This document shows positions 34,057 through 43,331 of a DNA stretch of 56,327 bases, piece after piece; within the stretch, counting starts at the first letter, position 1, and every line of letters begins with the position of its first letter. The stretch spans positions 1-56,327 of the IMG/VR virus record IMGVR_UViG_3300027889_000009; one strand, given 5' to 3'. This stretch comes from a virus. Its lineage: Duplodnaviria > Caudoviricetes. The notes beneath the pieces are model-generated. The model saw only the letters and a list, made by a program, of their open reading frames with translations, had not been told where the DNA came from and did not search any database. The position numbers were made by a program, and so were the translations under genes.

Positions 34057-34263
34057 CTATTTATAGCCTTCAGGTGAACACCACTGCGCAACTGATTCGG
34101 CAGGCATATCGTCCGATAGGCTGCAATCATCGGAAGGGTGGCTAATCGGCGGCTCACCCTTGGTTATTTTGGGGATTTGCCCCCTGCGCACCATTGCGGC
34201 GTGAAAATCCAGGATGCGACGGGTAATCATCGCGTCAACTTTTTCCTTCATGTCGGCGTCCAT
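34057..34263 (-). CDS. Hypothetical protein
   Basis: AGGA RBS, MDADMKEKVDAMITRRILDFH. Confidence 0.55.
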   Translation of the reverse strand: MDADMKEKVDAMITRRILDFHAAMVRRGQIPKITKGEPPISHPSDDCSLSDDMPAESVAQWCSPEGYK

Positions 34264-34274
34264 AGCAAATCCTG

Positions 34275-34622
34275 TCACGTTATCTGCGCCTGGCACTCCG
34301 CGTTGTATACCTGCCCCAACGCCAGCGTCGGTTGGTTCTTTATCAGGTACACGATGCCATCCGAGTCGGTAATCTTGTCCCCGTACTTGGGCGGCGGTGC
34401 TTCGGCTTGGGCAAGGTCGCTGGCGTACATGCGGAACTTGATGATGGACTTCTGGTTGAACGCCAGTGCCACGAACATCGAGTTCTGTATACTGCTCCTT
34501 GTCACCCGGTACAGCGTGTACGGCGTCCACTGGCCTTCTGCCACCTTCGAGCCGAACGTCACGGTCTCGATGTTGTCGGTATCTTGCGACAGGCGCCCAT
34601 AGTAATAGACGTCGATGGTCAT
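34275..34622 (-). CDS. Head closure/stopper protein
   Basis: PPKYGDKITDSDGIVYLI; size and position. Confidence 0.7.
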   Translation of the reverse strand: MTIDVYYYGRLSQDTDNIETVTFGSKVAEGQWTPYTLYRVTRSSIQNSMFVALAFNQKSIIKFRMYASDLAQAEAPPPKYGDKITDSDGIVYLIKNQPTLALGQVYNAECQAQIT

Positions 34623-34625
34623 TGG

Positions 34626-34904
34626 TCACACGAACGCTATGTCAACGCCGAGTTTGTCCGCCATGTCCTTGAGTTTTTGCTTCTTCTCTTCGAGTTCGCA
34701 ATTCGGTTCGCCGTGCCTTTTGTCGTACTCCCTGGCGCGGTCCAGAAGGCGGCGAAATTCTTCAATCTCCAATGCTGTCGGGAACGGAACCGTTGGCACC
34801 GGCGATACTGGTGGCAGTGGTGGTATCACATACGGTTGCGGTGGCCAGTACCGACGAAACCAGTCGTCAGTCTTTGAATCAATCACCATCGACAAAGTAC
34901 ACAT
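34626..34904 (-). CDS. Conserved phage hypothetical protein
   Basis: MCTLSMV...LLDRAREYDKRHGEPNCELEEK. Confidence 0.7.
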   Translation of the reverse strand: MCTLSMVIDSKTDDWFRRYWPPQPYVIPPLPPVSPVPTVPFPTALEIEEFRRLLDRAREYDKRHGEPNCELEEKKQKLKDMADKLGVDIAFV

Positions 34905-34911
34905 GGTTCAC

Positions 34912-35811
34912 CTACGCCACCGAAACATTGCGGTAAGCGCCTAGTATTCCCGTCACTTCAGGCGTCAGAAAACCCACCTTCGTCCTGCCACCGACTCCGT
35001 AACTGTTGCTCCCCGTCGTGTCACTCCGCGACTCACTGGTCAGCAGCTGTCCCGTGTTCTTGCTGTTCCGCTCTGCCGCAACCTGCTTGTACAGGGCATA
35101 GAGCACGTCCCCAGGAACCTGCGGATAACCCGCCGTGTACTGCACAAGGATGTTGCCCAGACCGCTTATCAACAGCGGACTGATGCGTCCCGGCGTGTAC
35201 TCGAAGTTTGCCGGCCACCAACCATCCTGGCTGTAGACCATTCCCGACAGGCTGCTGCCGTCCGGCTGGTCCCGCGACAGGTTGTAATCCTGCCCTTCAA
35301 ACAGCTGCGTCGCACTGGCGAACGGCGCCGGGTCGAACTGGTTGCCGTCCCCCCAGAATCCGTTCTGGTCGCACCATATCGCCAACCCGAAACTGATCGG
35401 TTGCGTTCCCGCTCCCGTGGCCGACTGACTCACCGTAACCGTCGTCGTGCCCACCGTGAGTACCGTCGTCCCCGGTGGGAAGTACGGCGAGTTCACGGGC
35501 ATCCCCACGATGAGTCCGTAGTTCGGCGCCTGCCCGTAGGGGTTCGCCAACCCGGTGATAATCGGACTGCCGACGACGGTGGTTCCGGTCACCATGTAGG
35601 CGGTCACTGGGCGTTGACGGAGCAATAACCAACTCGTCCCGGTGCCGCTGTAGAAGTCGCTCAGGTAAGTTTTCTGGCAGAACTTCCTGTCGCACCAGTG
35701 CTCTATGGCGTCGTTGACGGACTGCATGATGATGGCGATGCGCGCGGCTTCGGTCTGGTCCCCGGTGGGGATTCCCAAGAGCGTCATGCAATCGGCCGCT
35801 GAACCCCACAT
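34912..35811 (-). CDS. Head-tail adaptor (gp6/gp15-like) with inserted beta domain
   Basis: AIEHWCDRKF...LLLRQRPVT...NILVQYTAGYPQVPGDV...ILGAYR. Confidence 0.82.
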   Translation of the reverse strand: MWGSAADCMTLLGIPTGDQTEAARIAIIMQSVNDAIEHWCDRKFCQKTYLSDFYSGTGTSWLLLRQRPVTAYMVTGTTVVGSPIITGLANPYGQAPNYGLIVGMPVNSPYFPPGTTVLTVGTTTVTVSQSATGAGTQPISFGLAIWCDQNGFWGDGNQFDPAPFASATQLFEGQDYNLSRDQPDGSSLSGMVYSQDGWWPANFEYTPGRISPLLISGLGNILVQYTAGYPQVPGDVLYALYKQVAAERNSKNTGQLLTSESRSDTTGSNSYGVGGRTKVGFLTPEVTGILGAYRNVSVA

Positions 35812-35813
35812 GC

Positions 35814-36074
35814 CTACCCTTCAATGGTTACTTCGCCATTGTCACTGATGACTATGTTGGCATCAGGACGAACATCGACGCGACGGATGCCTTCCTTTGC
35901 CTTGGCCATCGCTCTGGCAAACGGCGTTATGCGTTCTCCGTCCAGGAAGTGCTTGACGTAGACGGTCACTGCCCCATCGACTGGTATGTCGATGACGACG
36001 TGGTTCGTCATGCGTGGCAGGTCGAGCGCCTTGCATATCTCTTCCAAGGCTGTCATGCCGAGAGCAATCGCCAT
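35814..36074 (-). CDS. Hypothetical protein
   Basis: AGGA RBS, 86 aa. Confidence 0.65.
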   Translation of the reverse strand: MAIALGMTALEEICKALDLPRMTNHVVIDIPVDGAVTVYVKHFLDGERITPFARAMAKAKEGIRRVDVRPDANIVISDNGEVTIEG

Positions 36075-36098
36075 TGGCTACTATTCCTGCCCCTAAAG

Positions 36099-36124
36099 CC
36101 AGCTTCGCCAATTGGCGAAGCTGG
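36099..36124. repeat. Perfect 26-bp palindrome
   Basis: CCAGCTTCGCCAA|TTGGCGAAGCTGG. Confidence 0.9.
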
Positions 36125-36150
36125 AGTAAAGGATGACAAAAGTTCCTTGT

Positions 36151-36633
36151 TCACGTCGAAGGCGAGCGGCTGTACCCCTTCGGGTCACCGCTGATTTTCA
36201 GCTGGCTGATAATCTCACCCGTGACGTACATCGCCACCGTGGTCCCGGTGTTGGTGATGACGTTGAGCCGAGCGTACCGCTGCGTCCGCAAGGCGCGAAT
36301 CATGGCCTGCTGGTTGGTCGTCGAGAACGTCACGATGCTGTTCGTGGCGAACGTCGTCGTCGCCCCGGTGGTGACGCCGTTGGAACTCAGCGTACTCAGC
36401 TGCACCGTGGCACCTGGGATGACGGTGAAGGTGCCGTTGGTGGTCGAGCATTCTTCCAACTGCACCGCGAAGGTGCTCTGGTTGGCGTAGGCGCCAGCGA
36501 CGATGATGGCCGCTGTATCGACTTCGCAGTTTGACAGGTCCGCCGCCGTCCCCTGCGCCGTTCCCGTCAAGGCGGCACCCGGCAGCAAGTTCGGCACAGA
36601 AAGCGTGCAGTTCACGAGATCGTACAACGCCAT
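36151..36633 (-). CDS. Capsid decoration/accessory protein
   Basis: GGAG RBS, MALYDLVN; VQLEECST..GTFT..PGAT, QRYARLNV; follows the capsid gene. Confidence 0.72.
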   Translation of the reverse strand: MALYDLVNCTLSVPNLLPGAALTGTAQGTAADLSNCEVDTAAIIVAGAYANQSTFAVQLEECSTTNGTFTVIPGATVQLSTLSSNGVTTGATTTFATNSIVTFSTTNQQAMIRALRTQRYARLNVITNTGTTVAMYVTGEIISQLKISGDPKGYSRSPST

Positions 36634-36683
36634 ATTACACTCTCCGTTGTCTTTGAATCCAGGTAATGGGCGACTTGCTGTTG

Positions 36684-38186
36684 TTAGAGTCCGAGTGTCG
36701 CCATGTTGATTACGTCGGCCCACGCGAACGCGCCTGGGTGCCGCAGACCGAAGTCGCCGTTCATGATGGCTCGCACCATCACCTGGTCCTGCTGAAACGC
36801 GATTTCACCAGGGGCTTGAGCAAACTCGATGGTGCCGAACAGGGCCATGATTGCGTCGTCCCACTGACCGCCAGCGATGAAGGTGCCAGCGGTGTTGCTG
36901 CCCTGGACGCGGCTCTGGCTGACCTGCGGCGTGGTGACGGCGGGATAACCAGACAGCACCTTCGGGAACCCCATGCCGAGCTGCCTGAACTGGTCGTAGA
37001 CGAATGGGCCTACCTGCGCCGTGGTCGTACCGTTGTAGGTCGAAGCGCGTGCCTGAGCCAGCAACCAGAACATCTCAGGACGCAGGATCCAACCCTGAAA
37101 TTCCGCGTTGTTGGCTTCGACGGCGGAAATCCACTTGTACAGATCCTGCGGACTCAGGAGCGCCAGCGTGTTGCCGCTCGCGGCGGTTGTCGGCGAGACG
37201 ACGGCGATGCCTGGCGTGTTGATGACGCCCTGCGGGACGTTGTCGCTGCCCTGCCCCTGAAGGGCGTAGTAGTCGAACGTCAACGCCAGCGTCTTCGTCA
37301 TGTCCGCACGGAGCAACGCTTCGGCAGCCGGCGAAGCGAAGCGTATCAGTTCGTTGGGCATCGTCACGATGGCGCAGCACTTCTTGTTCGACAGCAAGAG
37401 TGTGCCGGTCAGGAACTGCGAAGGCGTGATGGCCTGATTCTCGCCGATGAAGTAACCGATGGTCGGACTGGTCTGGCGCGGCATCCTGAGTCGGCCGCTT
37501 GGGGGCATCGGTACGACGCGGCAGCCAGCGTTGATGAGCGCGTCCTTGTTGCGCAAGAGCTGAATCAACTCGCCGAACTCCGGGGGTGCAACGAGTGCGC
37601 CACCGATGGTCTCGTCCAGCCACGACTGGGGACTGCTGTACGGCGTGGCCTTCTTGCCGTACTCCATCTGGTAGCGTCCGCCGACGTGATCGGCGATGTA
37701 GCGTACTTCGTCTTGGTCGATGTCGGTCTTGCCAAAGATCGTAAGAGCCTTCATCTCGGCGCGGAAACTTTCCGGGATGGGGTTGTCAGCTTCGCCGATG
37801 CTGCCCATCAACTCGGTGCCGAGCGGCGCCAGTAACAGAGATTCCGCATAGGGAGAGAACCCGCCAGGTCGGGACACATAGGCTTTGTGAAGCCGGTCGG
37901 AGATCTCGTGCTCGACCTTGCAGTTTTCGTCGCTGACGACCTTGTTGATGCCCTTGCCGCTCATGTTGCCCATCAGCCGCAGGAAGCTGAAGGGTCGGCT
38001 CGACATGATATTCTCGCCGCGGCGTGCCGTGGGCAGACCGAATGCGGCAGCAGGCGTTGGGGTGCGAGATTTGGTGGTAGTGACCGCCGTGGCTGTCTTG
38101 GCCCTGGCGGCGGCGATGAGAGCGTCAGCGTCCTTGGCCTTCTGGCGAAGCGCTTCGACTCGTTCCTGGACAATAGGACGGACCAT
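36684..38186 (-). CDS. Major capsid protein, HK97 family
   Basis: GGALVAPPEFGELIQLLR...MPRQT...IGENQAI...NELIRFA...ALQGQG..PQGV...FQQDQVMVRA..DFGLRHPGAF. Confidence 0.95.
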   Translation of the reverse strand: MVRPIVQERVEALRQKAKDADALIAAARAKTATAVTTTKSRTPTPAAAFGLPTARRGENIMSSRPFSFLRLMGNMSGKGINKVVSDENCKVEHEISDRLHKAYVSRPGGFSPYAESLLLAPLGTELMGSIGEADNPIPESFRAEMKALTIFGKTDIDQDEVRYIADHVGGRYQMEYGKKATPYSSPQSWLDETIGGALVAPPEFGELIQLLRNKDALINAGCRVVPMPPSGRLRMPRQTSPTIGYFIGENQAITPSQFLTGTLLLSNKKCCAIVTMPNELIRFASPAAEALLRADMTKTLALTFDYYALQGQGSDNVPQGVINTPGIAVVSPTTAASGNTLALLSPQDLYKWISAVEANNAEFQGWILRPEMFWLLAQARASTYNGTTTAQVGPFVYDQFRQLGMGFPKVLSGYPAVTTPQVSQSRVQGSNTAGTFIAGGQWDDAIMALFGTIEFAQAPGEIAFQQDQVMVRAIMNGDFGLRHPGAFAWADVINMATLGL

Positions 38187-38321
38187 TTAGGTGTCTCCGC
38201 TAAGGCGCTGTGGTCATATTTCCCTCGTGGTTATTGGTTGTGTCCGCCCGTGGTTAAAAGCAGGGGCCGGTAGCGAGCCGGCGGTCCTGCCCACGAGTGC
38301 AGACAGTTCTGCCTGTGGGCG

Positions 38322-40121
38322 CTAGGCCCCCAACCTTCCGTGGCGTTCATCGACGATGTTGGCCAGCTTCACCGCCCGCCGGTCCCATGCGGACTCGGCT
38401 TCGGCCAGCATCTTCTTCTCTTCGTAGGTCAGATCCGCGTCTTCGTCCGTGCTGGCCTTCTTGATGCCCATCTGCGATGAGCCGACGTCGTTGGACACCG
38501 TTCGCTCTTCCGGTGCTTCCTGCTGTTCGTTGGGCTTTGAGTAGCGGCCCACGATATCCTTCAGGCGACTCGAATGGTACTTGCATGCCGCCCGCTGGCT
38601 CTTGCTGACTTCGCCGTTGTGGCCGGACATCTCTTCCATGAAGTCCTTGGCTTCTTCGACTGCTTCGCGCTCCATGTTGTTCATGCCCTTGGTCTGCATC
38701 ACCTTCATGGCGAGTGTCCCCAATCCGGCCATCTGCTGGTGAAAATCCTTCTTCGTGGGCCTGTCTTCCGTCTCCAGGTCATCGCCGGGTTGTTGCTCGT
38801 TGGCGACTTCGGCGGTCTCGTCTGCACCAGCGGCGCGTTCTGGTTCGGTCTCGTCGTGTTCGGCGGCCTGTTCGTTTTCTTCGTCCCACCCCTTCATGTC
38901 GAGTTCCGGGAAGTCGGTGTGGTGCTTGCCGAAGTGGTCGCGTACTTCCTGGGCCATGCCCTTGTACCGCTCCAGGTGGTCACCCATGAGCACCTTGTAC
39001 GGCTCGTGTTCTTGCAGGTGCATGTCCTTGGAGTAGTGGTGGTGCATCCTTCCCAGGTCGTGGTGGTACTCCCGCAGCGACTTGACGCCGAGCGGTTCGA
39101 CCTGCCCTTCATCGACTTCGGTGATCTCCCCTTCGGCGTCCGGCTGTGTCTCGCCAGCGGTCTCCTTGTCAGACTGTTCGTGCAGGCTTTCCGATGCTGG
39201 GTCGGTGTCTTCGACCATCGGGTCGCGTTTCTTGTTCCGCAGCGCGCCGCCGGTGGTCTCGTCGGTGGCGGATTGGGGTGTCATGGCTTTGGCCATTGCG
39301 GTGTTCTCCAGGGTCGCGCCGGGCGACCAGACTTTCTTCGGTCTTGCCAGTGGCATCAGCATGCTCTTGATGCAGGGGGCCAACCGTTTACCGTCGATGG
39401 TGTCGCGGTCAACAATCTCGCGGACGCACTCGCCGTTTGCGCCGACAATCGTCCAAGCTATTTCTAAGAGTTCACAACTCTCAATATGTTTTCCCGTTGG
39501 GGCATCCCTGCGACGGACGGTGTTCAGCATCACGTCGCTTGGCGGAAGGCGACTCGACTTCAACTCCCGGTAGCCGATGGAGTTGGCGTTGACGATGCCT
39601 TCGTCAATCAGGCCGAATATCTGCGCCGCCATCGGCAGGGACTGGCTGAAGAACGTCTCCTGAGTAGCTTCGCCGAGTTCGGCATCGCAGGTGACGGTGT
39701 AGTTGCCTGCCCTGTCGATGGTCTTCCCGATTGGCAGCGGGAAGGTTATCGCGTGGTTCCACGTCACAACCGGACTGCCCCGGTGGCTTTCACAAAGGAT
39801 GCCGCTGACTTCCAGCACGTCGCCAACCCGGTCCCGCGTCGTCGTGGCGAACACGGCTCTGGCCGACATGGTGGACTTGTTGGTCGTTATCTTGCCTGGG
39901 GCGGCGTCCAGAGCCGAAACTTCTCCGTCGAACAACTTGCGGGCGTATGGCCAGAGTTCCTTGCCGATGCGTCCACGGCGTTTCTTGCGGCGTTTCTTCG
40001 AGAGCGAGTAAGCGATTGCTAACCGTTGGTCTACCTGTGGATACTTACGCATCGCTTCTGGGTCGCTGACGTAGCGGCTCACGAAGTCTTGCTCAGTCTC
40101 GCCTTTTGTTGGCCTTGGCAT
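38322..40121 (-). CDS. HK97-type prohead protease fused to an acidic/His-rich scaffold region
   Basis: TTTRDRVGDVL...PVVTWNH...PIGK...NANSIGY...ELLEIAWTIVGAN; long charged C-terminus. Confidence 0.88.
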   Translation of the reverse strand: MPRPTKGETEQDFVSRYVSDPEAMRKYPQVDQRLAIAYSLSKKRRKKRRGRIGKELWPYARKLFDGEVSALDAAPGKITTNKSTMSARAVFATTTRDRVGDVLEVSGILCESHRGSPVVTWNHAITFPLPIGKTIDRAGNYTVTCDAELGEATQETFFSQSLPMAAQIFGLIDEGIVNANSIGYRELKSSRLPPSDVMLNTVRRRDAPTGKHIESCELLEIAWTIVGANGECVREIVDRDTIDGKRLAPCIKSMLMPLARPKKVWSPGATLENTAMAKAMTPQSATDETTGGALRNKKRDPMVEDTDPASESLHEQSDKETAGETQPDAEGEITEVDEGQVEPLGVKSLREYHHDLGRMHHHYSKDMHLQEHEPYKVLMGDHLERYKGMAQEVRDHFGKHHTDFPELDMKGWDEENEQAAEHDETEPERAAGADETAEVANEQQPGDDLETEDRPTKKDFHQQMAGLGTLAMKVMQTKGMNNMEREAVEEAKDFMEEMSGHNGEVSKSQRAACKYHSSRLKDIVGRYSKPNEQQEAPEERTVSNDVGSSQMGIKKASTDEDADLTYEEKKMLAEAESAWDRRAVKLANIVDERHGRLGA

Positions 40122-40122
40122 G

Positions 40123-40335
40123 TCAACCAGTCCGCCCCAGCGGTGTTTTCACCTTCTGCGACAACCGCCGGTGCAGGTCTTGCAGGTGCCACTCGTTGTC
40201 CAGGAACGATTGCAGGAACGTCGCAAGGTCTGCTGGCAGCAACTTCCCCGGTGCGTACTGCTGGTCAAGGTGGACCAGTGTGTCCAGTGTGTCCTGCAAG
40301 TTGGCCTTGAGTTCCTGTTCATTCACGACCGTCAC
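40123..40335 (-). CDS. Hypothetical protein
   Basis: 70 aa, abuts the protease start. Confidence 0.6.
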   Translation of the reverse strand: MTVVNEQELKANLQDTLDTLVHLDQQYAPGKLLPADLATFLQSFLDNEWHLQDLHRRLSQKVKTPLGRTG

Positions 40336-40424
40336 CGTTTTGATACGCCACCTGTGTCAAACTGATACACACAAGATAGATTGGTGCGGCGTGTAAAGTC
40401 AAGTGGGAAAATGTGAAGTGGCAG

Positions 40425-40646
40425 TCAGTTGCGTTCAAGAAGGTCGATGTAGAAGCCGTCTCTCCAGCAGATGGAGCTTCCTTTTCTTGTCACGCCGATG
40501 GTGCGCGGTTCCTTGTCAGGCTCGCACCAGACGGGCAAGAGCGTGGCCATGACTGGGAATTGTTCATCATGCAGTGCCACCCTGAAGCGGACGTGCATGC
40601 ACGGTTCGCGGAATAAAACGGTGAGCCACTGCCAGTTACATTCCAT
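40425..40646 (-). CDS. Hypothetical protein
   Basis: Packed ORF. Confidence 0.45.
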   Translation of the reverse strand: MECNWQWLTVLFREPCMHVRFRVALHDEQFPVMATLLPVWCEPDKEPRTIGVTRKGSSICWRDGFYIDLLERN

Positions 40647-40998
40647 GTTGCTTCCACATTGACCGTGTCCACGTCTTCAGTTCAAACCGCAGCATACCAG
40701 CAGCGATGGCGGCTGCGAACGTCCTTGTCATGGCGTCCAGGTATTGGACGGCATCATCAAGGACGTTGAAGCCAACGCCGACGTGCCAATCTCCACCGCC
40801 TGCACCACGGTCAGATGCTTGATAGCCCATGTCGGCTATGTGTTTCTGGACGGAAGTGGACAGTCCGCCTTGCATGTCTATCAGTGCGGCGAAAGCGGCA
40901 TCGTTACCACCGAGCACTTGCATGGCATATTCCTTGGTGGTTTTGTCGCCACCATCGCCGCCGCTGCCCTTGGCATCAATCATCCACTTTGTCGGCAT
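40636..40998 (-). CDS. Hypothetical protein
   Basis: AGGA RBS, MPTKWMIDAKG. Confidence 0.6.
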   Translation of the reverse strand: MPTKWMIDAKGSGGDGGDKTTKEYAMQVLGGNDAAFAALIDMQGGLSTSVQKHIADMGYQASDRGAGGGDWHVGVGFNVLDDAVQYLDAMTRTFAAAIAAGMLRFELKTWTRSMWKQHGM

Positions 40999-41188
40999 CG
41001 CAAACTGTCCTGTTATCAAGCATTTTTTCGACGCGCTCGATGGCTCTTTCGTGCTGCAAAATCTGTTTGCTCATGAACTCATGGTATTTCCCATCGTGCT
41101 TGTGCAAGTCTTTGGTGTAGGCAGCACACAAGGCTTGCAGGTCGTTGAGATATTCGATGAGTGCTTGAGACGTAGCCTTATCCATCAA
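40976..41188 (-). CDS. Hypothetical protein
   Basis: AAGGAAG RBS. Confidence 0.55.
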   Translation of the reverse strand: MMDKATSQALIEYLNDLQALCAAYTKDLHKHDGKYHEFMSKQILQHERAIERVEKMLDNRTVCDADKVDD

Positions 41189-41441
41189 TCACTTCCTTTT
41201 CCGCCGCTTTCTCAAACCGCAACTCGCACCACAACCGCACCCGTCCTTCTTCCTCAGGTTCTTCCCCCATCGCCGCTTCAAACGTCCAGCGTCCACCGCG
41301 CTCCATCAAACCCTTGAGCACTTCACGGTAGGCGATGTGCAGCAGGCGGTTCTGGATGCCCTTGATTAGGTCAGGTGGTGGGTTCCGCATCGCTTCTTCT
41401 TCGACGCGGTACACTTTCGGTTCGGTGGTGGTGGTCGTCAT
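41178..41441 (-). CDS. Hypothetical protein
   Basis: GGAG RBS, MTTTTTEPKVY. Confidence 0.55.
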   Translation of the reverse strand: MTTTTTEPKVYRVEEEAMRNPPPDLIKGIQNRLLHIAYREVLKGLMERGGRWTFEAAMGEEPEEEGRVRLWCELRFEKAAEKEVIDG

Positions 41442-41782
41442 CGGACATACTCCAGTTTCTCGACGCCGTAATCTTCTCCATCCCCAAGTTGCGCCCGTAG
41501 TGCGTTCCAATCAGGATTCATTGTCACGAACCGATCAAGCACCGCTTCCATGAGCGTGGCCGCGTTCTTGCGCTTTGCGACCATGTATATCACGTTGGGG
41601 TTGAACACGCCAGCTGCAGGCGGCACAACCCGTATGCGTTCCATGTGGATGGTGTCCAGCGACTTCCATTTGCGCCGCAGCGTCTCAATGGCGTGGCCCG
41701 TGCCGATGCCCGTCAATACGCACCTTTGGTCTGGGCAACCGTGGTCGCGGAAGGTGCAAAGGTAGGCGTGGTCAGCAGGCAT
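41438..41782 (-). CDS. Hypothetical protein
   Basis: MPADHAYLCTF. Confidence 0.55.
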   Translation of the reverse strand: MPADHAYLCTFRDHGCPDQRCVLTGIGTGHAIETLRRKWKSLDTIHMERIRVVPPAAGVFNPNVIYMVAKRKNAATLMEAVLDRFVTMNPDWNALRAQLGDGEDYGVEKLEYVR

Positions 41783-41845
41783 CGTTTTCGGTCCAAAAAA
41801 TATCGACCCAGAAACATGGCACAATGGCCGTGAAATTGAAGAAAA

Positions 41846-41873
41846 TTCTACTGGCACATTTGTGCCAGTAGAA
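41846..41873. repeat. Inverted repeat, 13-bp arms with 2-nt spacer
   Basis: TTCTACTGGCACA-TT-TGTGCCAGTAGAA. Confidence 0.9.
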
Positions 41874-41880
41874 AACGACG

Positions 41881-42072
41881 TTACTTCATCCCGTTGTTCG
41901 GCGTCCACGTCTTCGGTACAGCCGCGAACGTGTGGCACTTGGCGCAAGTATACACTTCGGATGCGATGGTGTACCCGGTAGTCGTCGCCACGGCGATGAC
42001 GTGGCGGGCGTAGTCCATGCGTGCCGAACAGTGGCAGTAGGGCACGTCGTTGACGACACGGTTGGTGGTCAC
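41881..42072 (-). CDS. Small Zn-ribbon protein
   Basis: PYCHC...YTCAKC; AAGGAAG RBS. Confidence 0.55.
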   Translation of the reverse strand: MTTNRVVNDVPYCHCSARMDYARHVIAVATTTGYTIASEVYTCAKCHTFAAVPKTWTPNNGMK

Positions 42073-42351
42073 GGTGTTGCTTCCTTTGCCGCTTCAAGGC
42101 AATGTTTTACTGCTTCTTGCCTTGTCATTTTCATCTGGCCAAGGAGATAAGTCATCTTCGCTGGGCTATTTGGTTTTCGTACTGTTTCCAGTGTTCAGCT
42201 AAAATAGCAAGGCCAACAAGGACAAAATGGGATGTGCCGGTGTTCTCCTGAACACCTGACTCGTCGAGATAGCACATGTAATACATAAATCACCTACCCA
42301 TCCCACGCGGTTTTTCTCTTGACATTATGCCGTGAAGACCGATAATTAAGA

Positions 42352-42422
42352 AATGCGACTGGGCCGAGACGCAACGCGCCTCTTGCGGGACCGATACGGA
42401 CCCGCCCCAGACGCCTTTTTTT
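42352..42422 (+). ncRNA. Candidate small RNA
   Basis: TTGACA-N16-GATAAT (42319-42346) followed by a branched GC stem (CTGGG/CCCAG, GCGGG/CCCGC) and T7. Confidence 0.4.
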
Positions 42423-42535
42423 CAACCGAGCAATTCTACAAGCTCGAAACAGTTTTTTTCAACACATTTCGCTGCTTGCATTTGCGATAAACGAAAAATC
42501 GGCAAATCCACGCCTTTCGCAGTTCATGTCCTTCA

Positions 42536-42916
42536 CTACCCGCCAGTCTGGTCCTGTCGCACCAACGATTTTTCCATAGCGTTGAGCGTGTTGACCAGCG
42601 TCTTGAAGTCTTGCGGCGTCATGGGCACAGGTACGCGGAGGACGGCAATGTCAAGATTGCTCGGTAGCGTAATGGGCAAATCACGGAAAGTCGTCACGCC
42701 AGCGACGGATTCAATCACCACTGGATTGCCTGAAGTTTGCACAGGAATTCCACCGGCTTGCGGCCATTTGGGCACTTGCCAGCTGTCTTTTACGCCGGGG
42801 CTTGCAGTATGCGTCATGCTGGCATTCAGATCAGCTTCTTGCTCACCTTTAGATAACTTTAACTTGTTTCCTTCAAGAAGTCCAGCGTATTCCAAGGTGT
42901 CCCTAAACCCAGTCAC
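42536..42916 (-). pseudogene. Probable 5'-truncated gene fragment
   Basis: No RBS; begins mid-domain (FRDTLEYAGLL) immediately next to the 28-bp palindrome. Confidence 0.4.
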
Positions 42917-42919
42917 AAA

Positions 42920-42947
42920 TCAGGCGGGTGTTATAACACCCGCCTGA
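42920..42947. repeat. Perfect 28-bp palindrome
   Basis: TCAGGCGGGTGTTA|TAACACCCGCCTGA. Confidence 0.9.
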
Positions 42948-42952
42948 CATGT

Positions 42953-43024
42953 GGTGGGTGTGGTGCAACGGTAGCACACCGGACTCTGATTCCGGAGATG
43001 CCAGTTCGACCCTGGTGGCCCACC
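42953..43024 (+). tRNA. tRNA with CTG (Gln) anticodon and His-type G-1:C73 acceptor
   Basis: G-GTGGGTG...GGCCCAC-C; GTGC/GCAC D stem; CCGGA-CTCTGAT-TCCGG; GCCAG-TTCGACC-CTGGT; followed by CCT. Confidence 0.78.
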
Positions 43025-43079
43025 CCTGTTTGACGCAGCACGTTAGACTCTAACGCTGCTGCGCCCATTGCCAGCGCAC

Positions 43080-43331
43080 CTATACGTTACCATTTTTCGG
43101 CCTAGCGCGCGAAGATAAAAATGCCACGGACTTTCCCGATGCCTGCAACTCTTCCTTGCACGACTCGCGCAACCGTTCTCGCATCCATCCTGAGACGCTG
43201 AGACCGGCGAGCTGCGCCGCTTCGCCAAATGCCTGTTTTTCCAGGTTGTCAACGCGAAGCTGCATCAACTCGCCCCTGGCTTTTCCCGTCGTCCCGATGG
43301 AGTGTGCTGTCAAGGCCCACGGAAAAGACAA
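43080..43331 (-). CDS. RHH/DUF1778-like regulator (start uncertain, possibly a fragment)
   Basis: MQLRVDNLEKQAFGEAAQLAGLSVSGWMRERLR. Confidence 0.6.
   Translation of the reverse strand: MSFPWALTAHSIGTTGKARGELMQLRVDNLEKQAFGEAAQLAGLSVSGWMRERLRESCKEELQASGKSVAFLSSRARPKNGNV

Noticed and set aside
36666-37835. 389-aa plus-strand ORF and similar long antisense ORFs
   Set aside because: Antisense to the capsid and other well-supported genes; expected in GC-rich DNA
38187-38320. uORF MTTAP and hairpins upstream of the capsid gene
   Set aside because: Not in frame with the capsid, which has its own GGAG RBS; too weak to call
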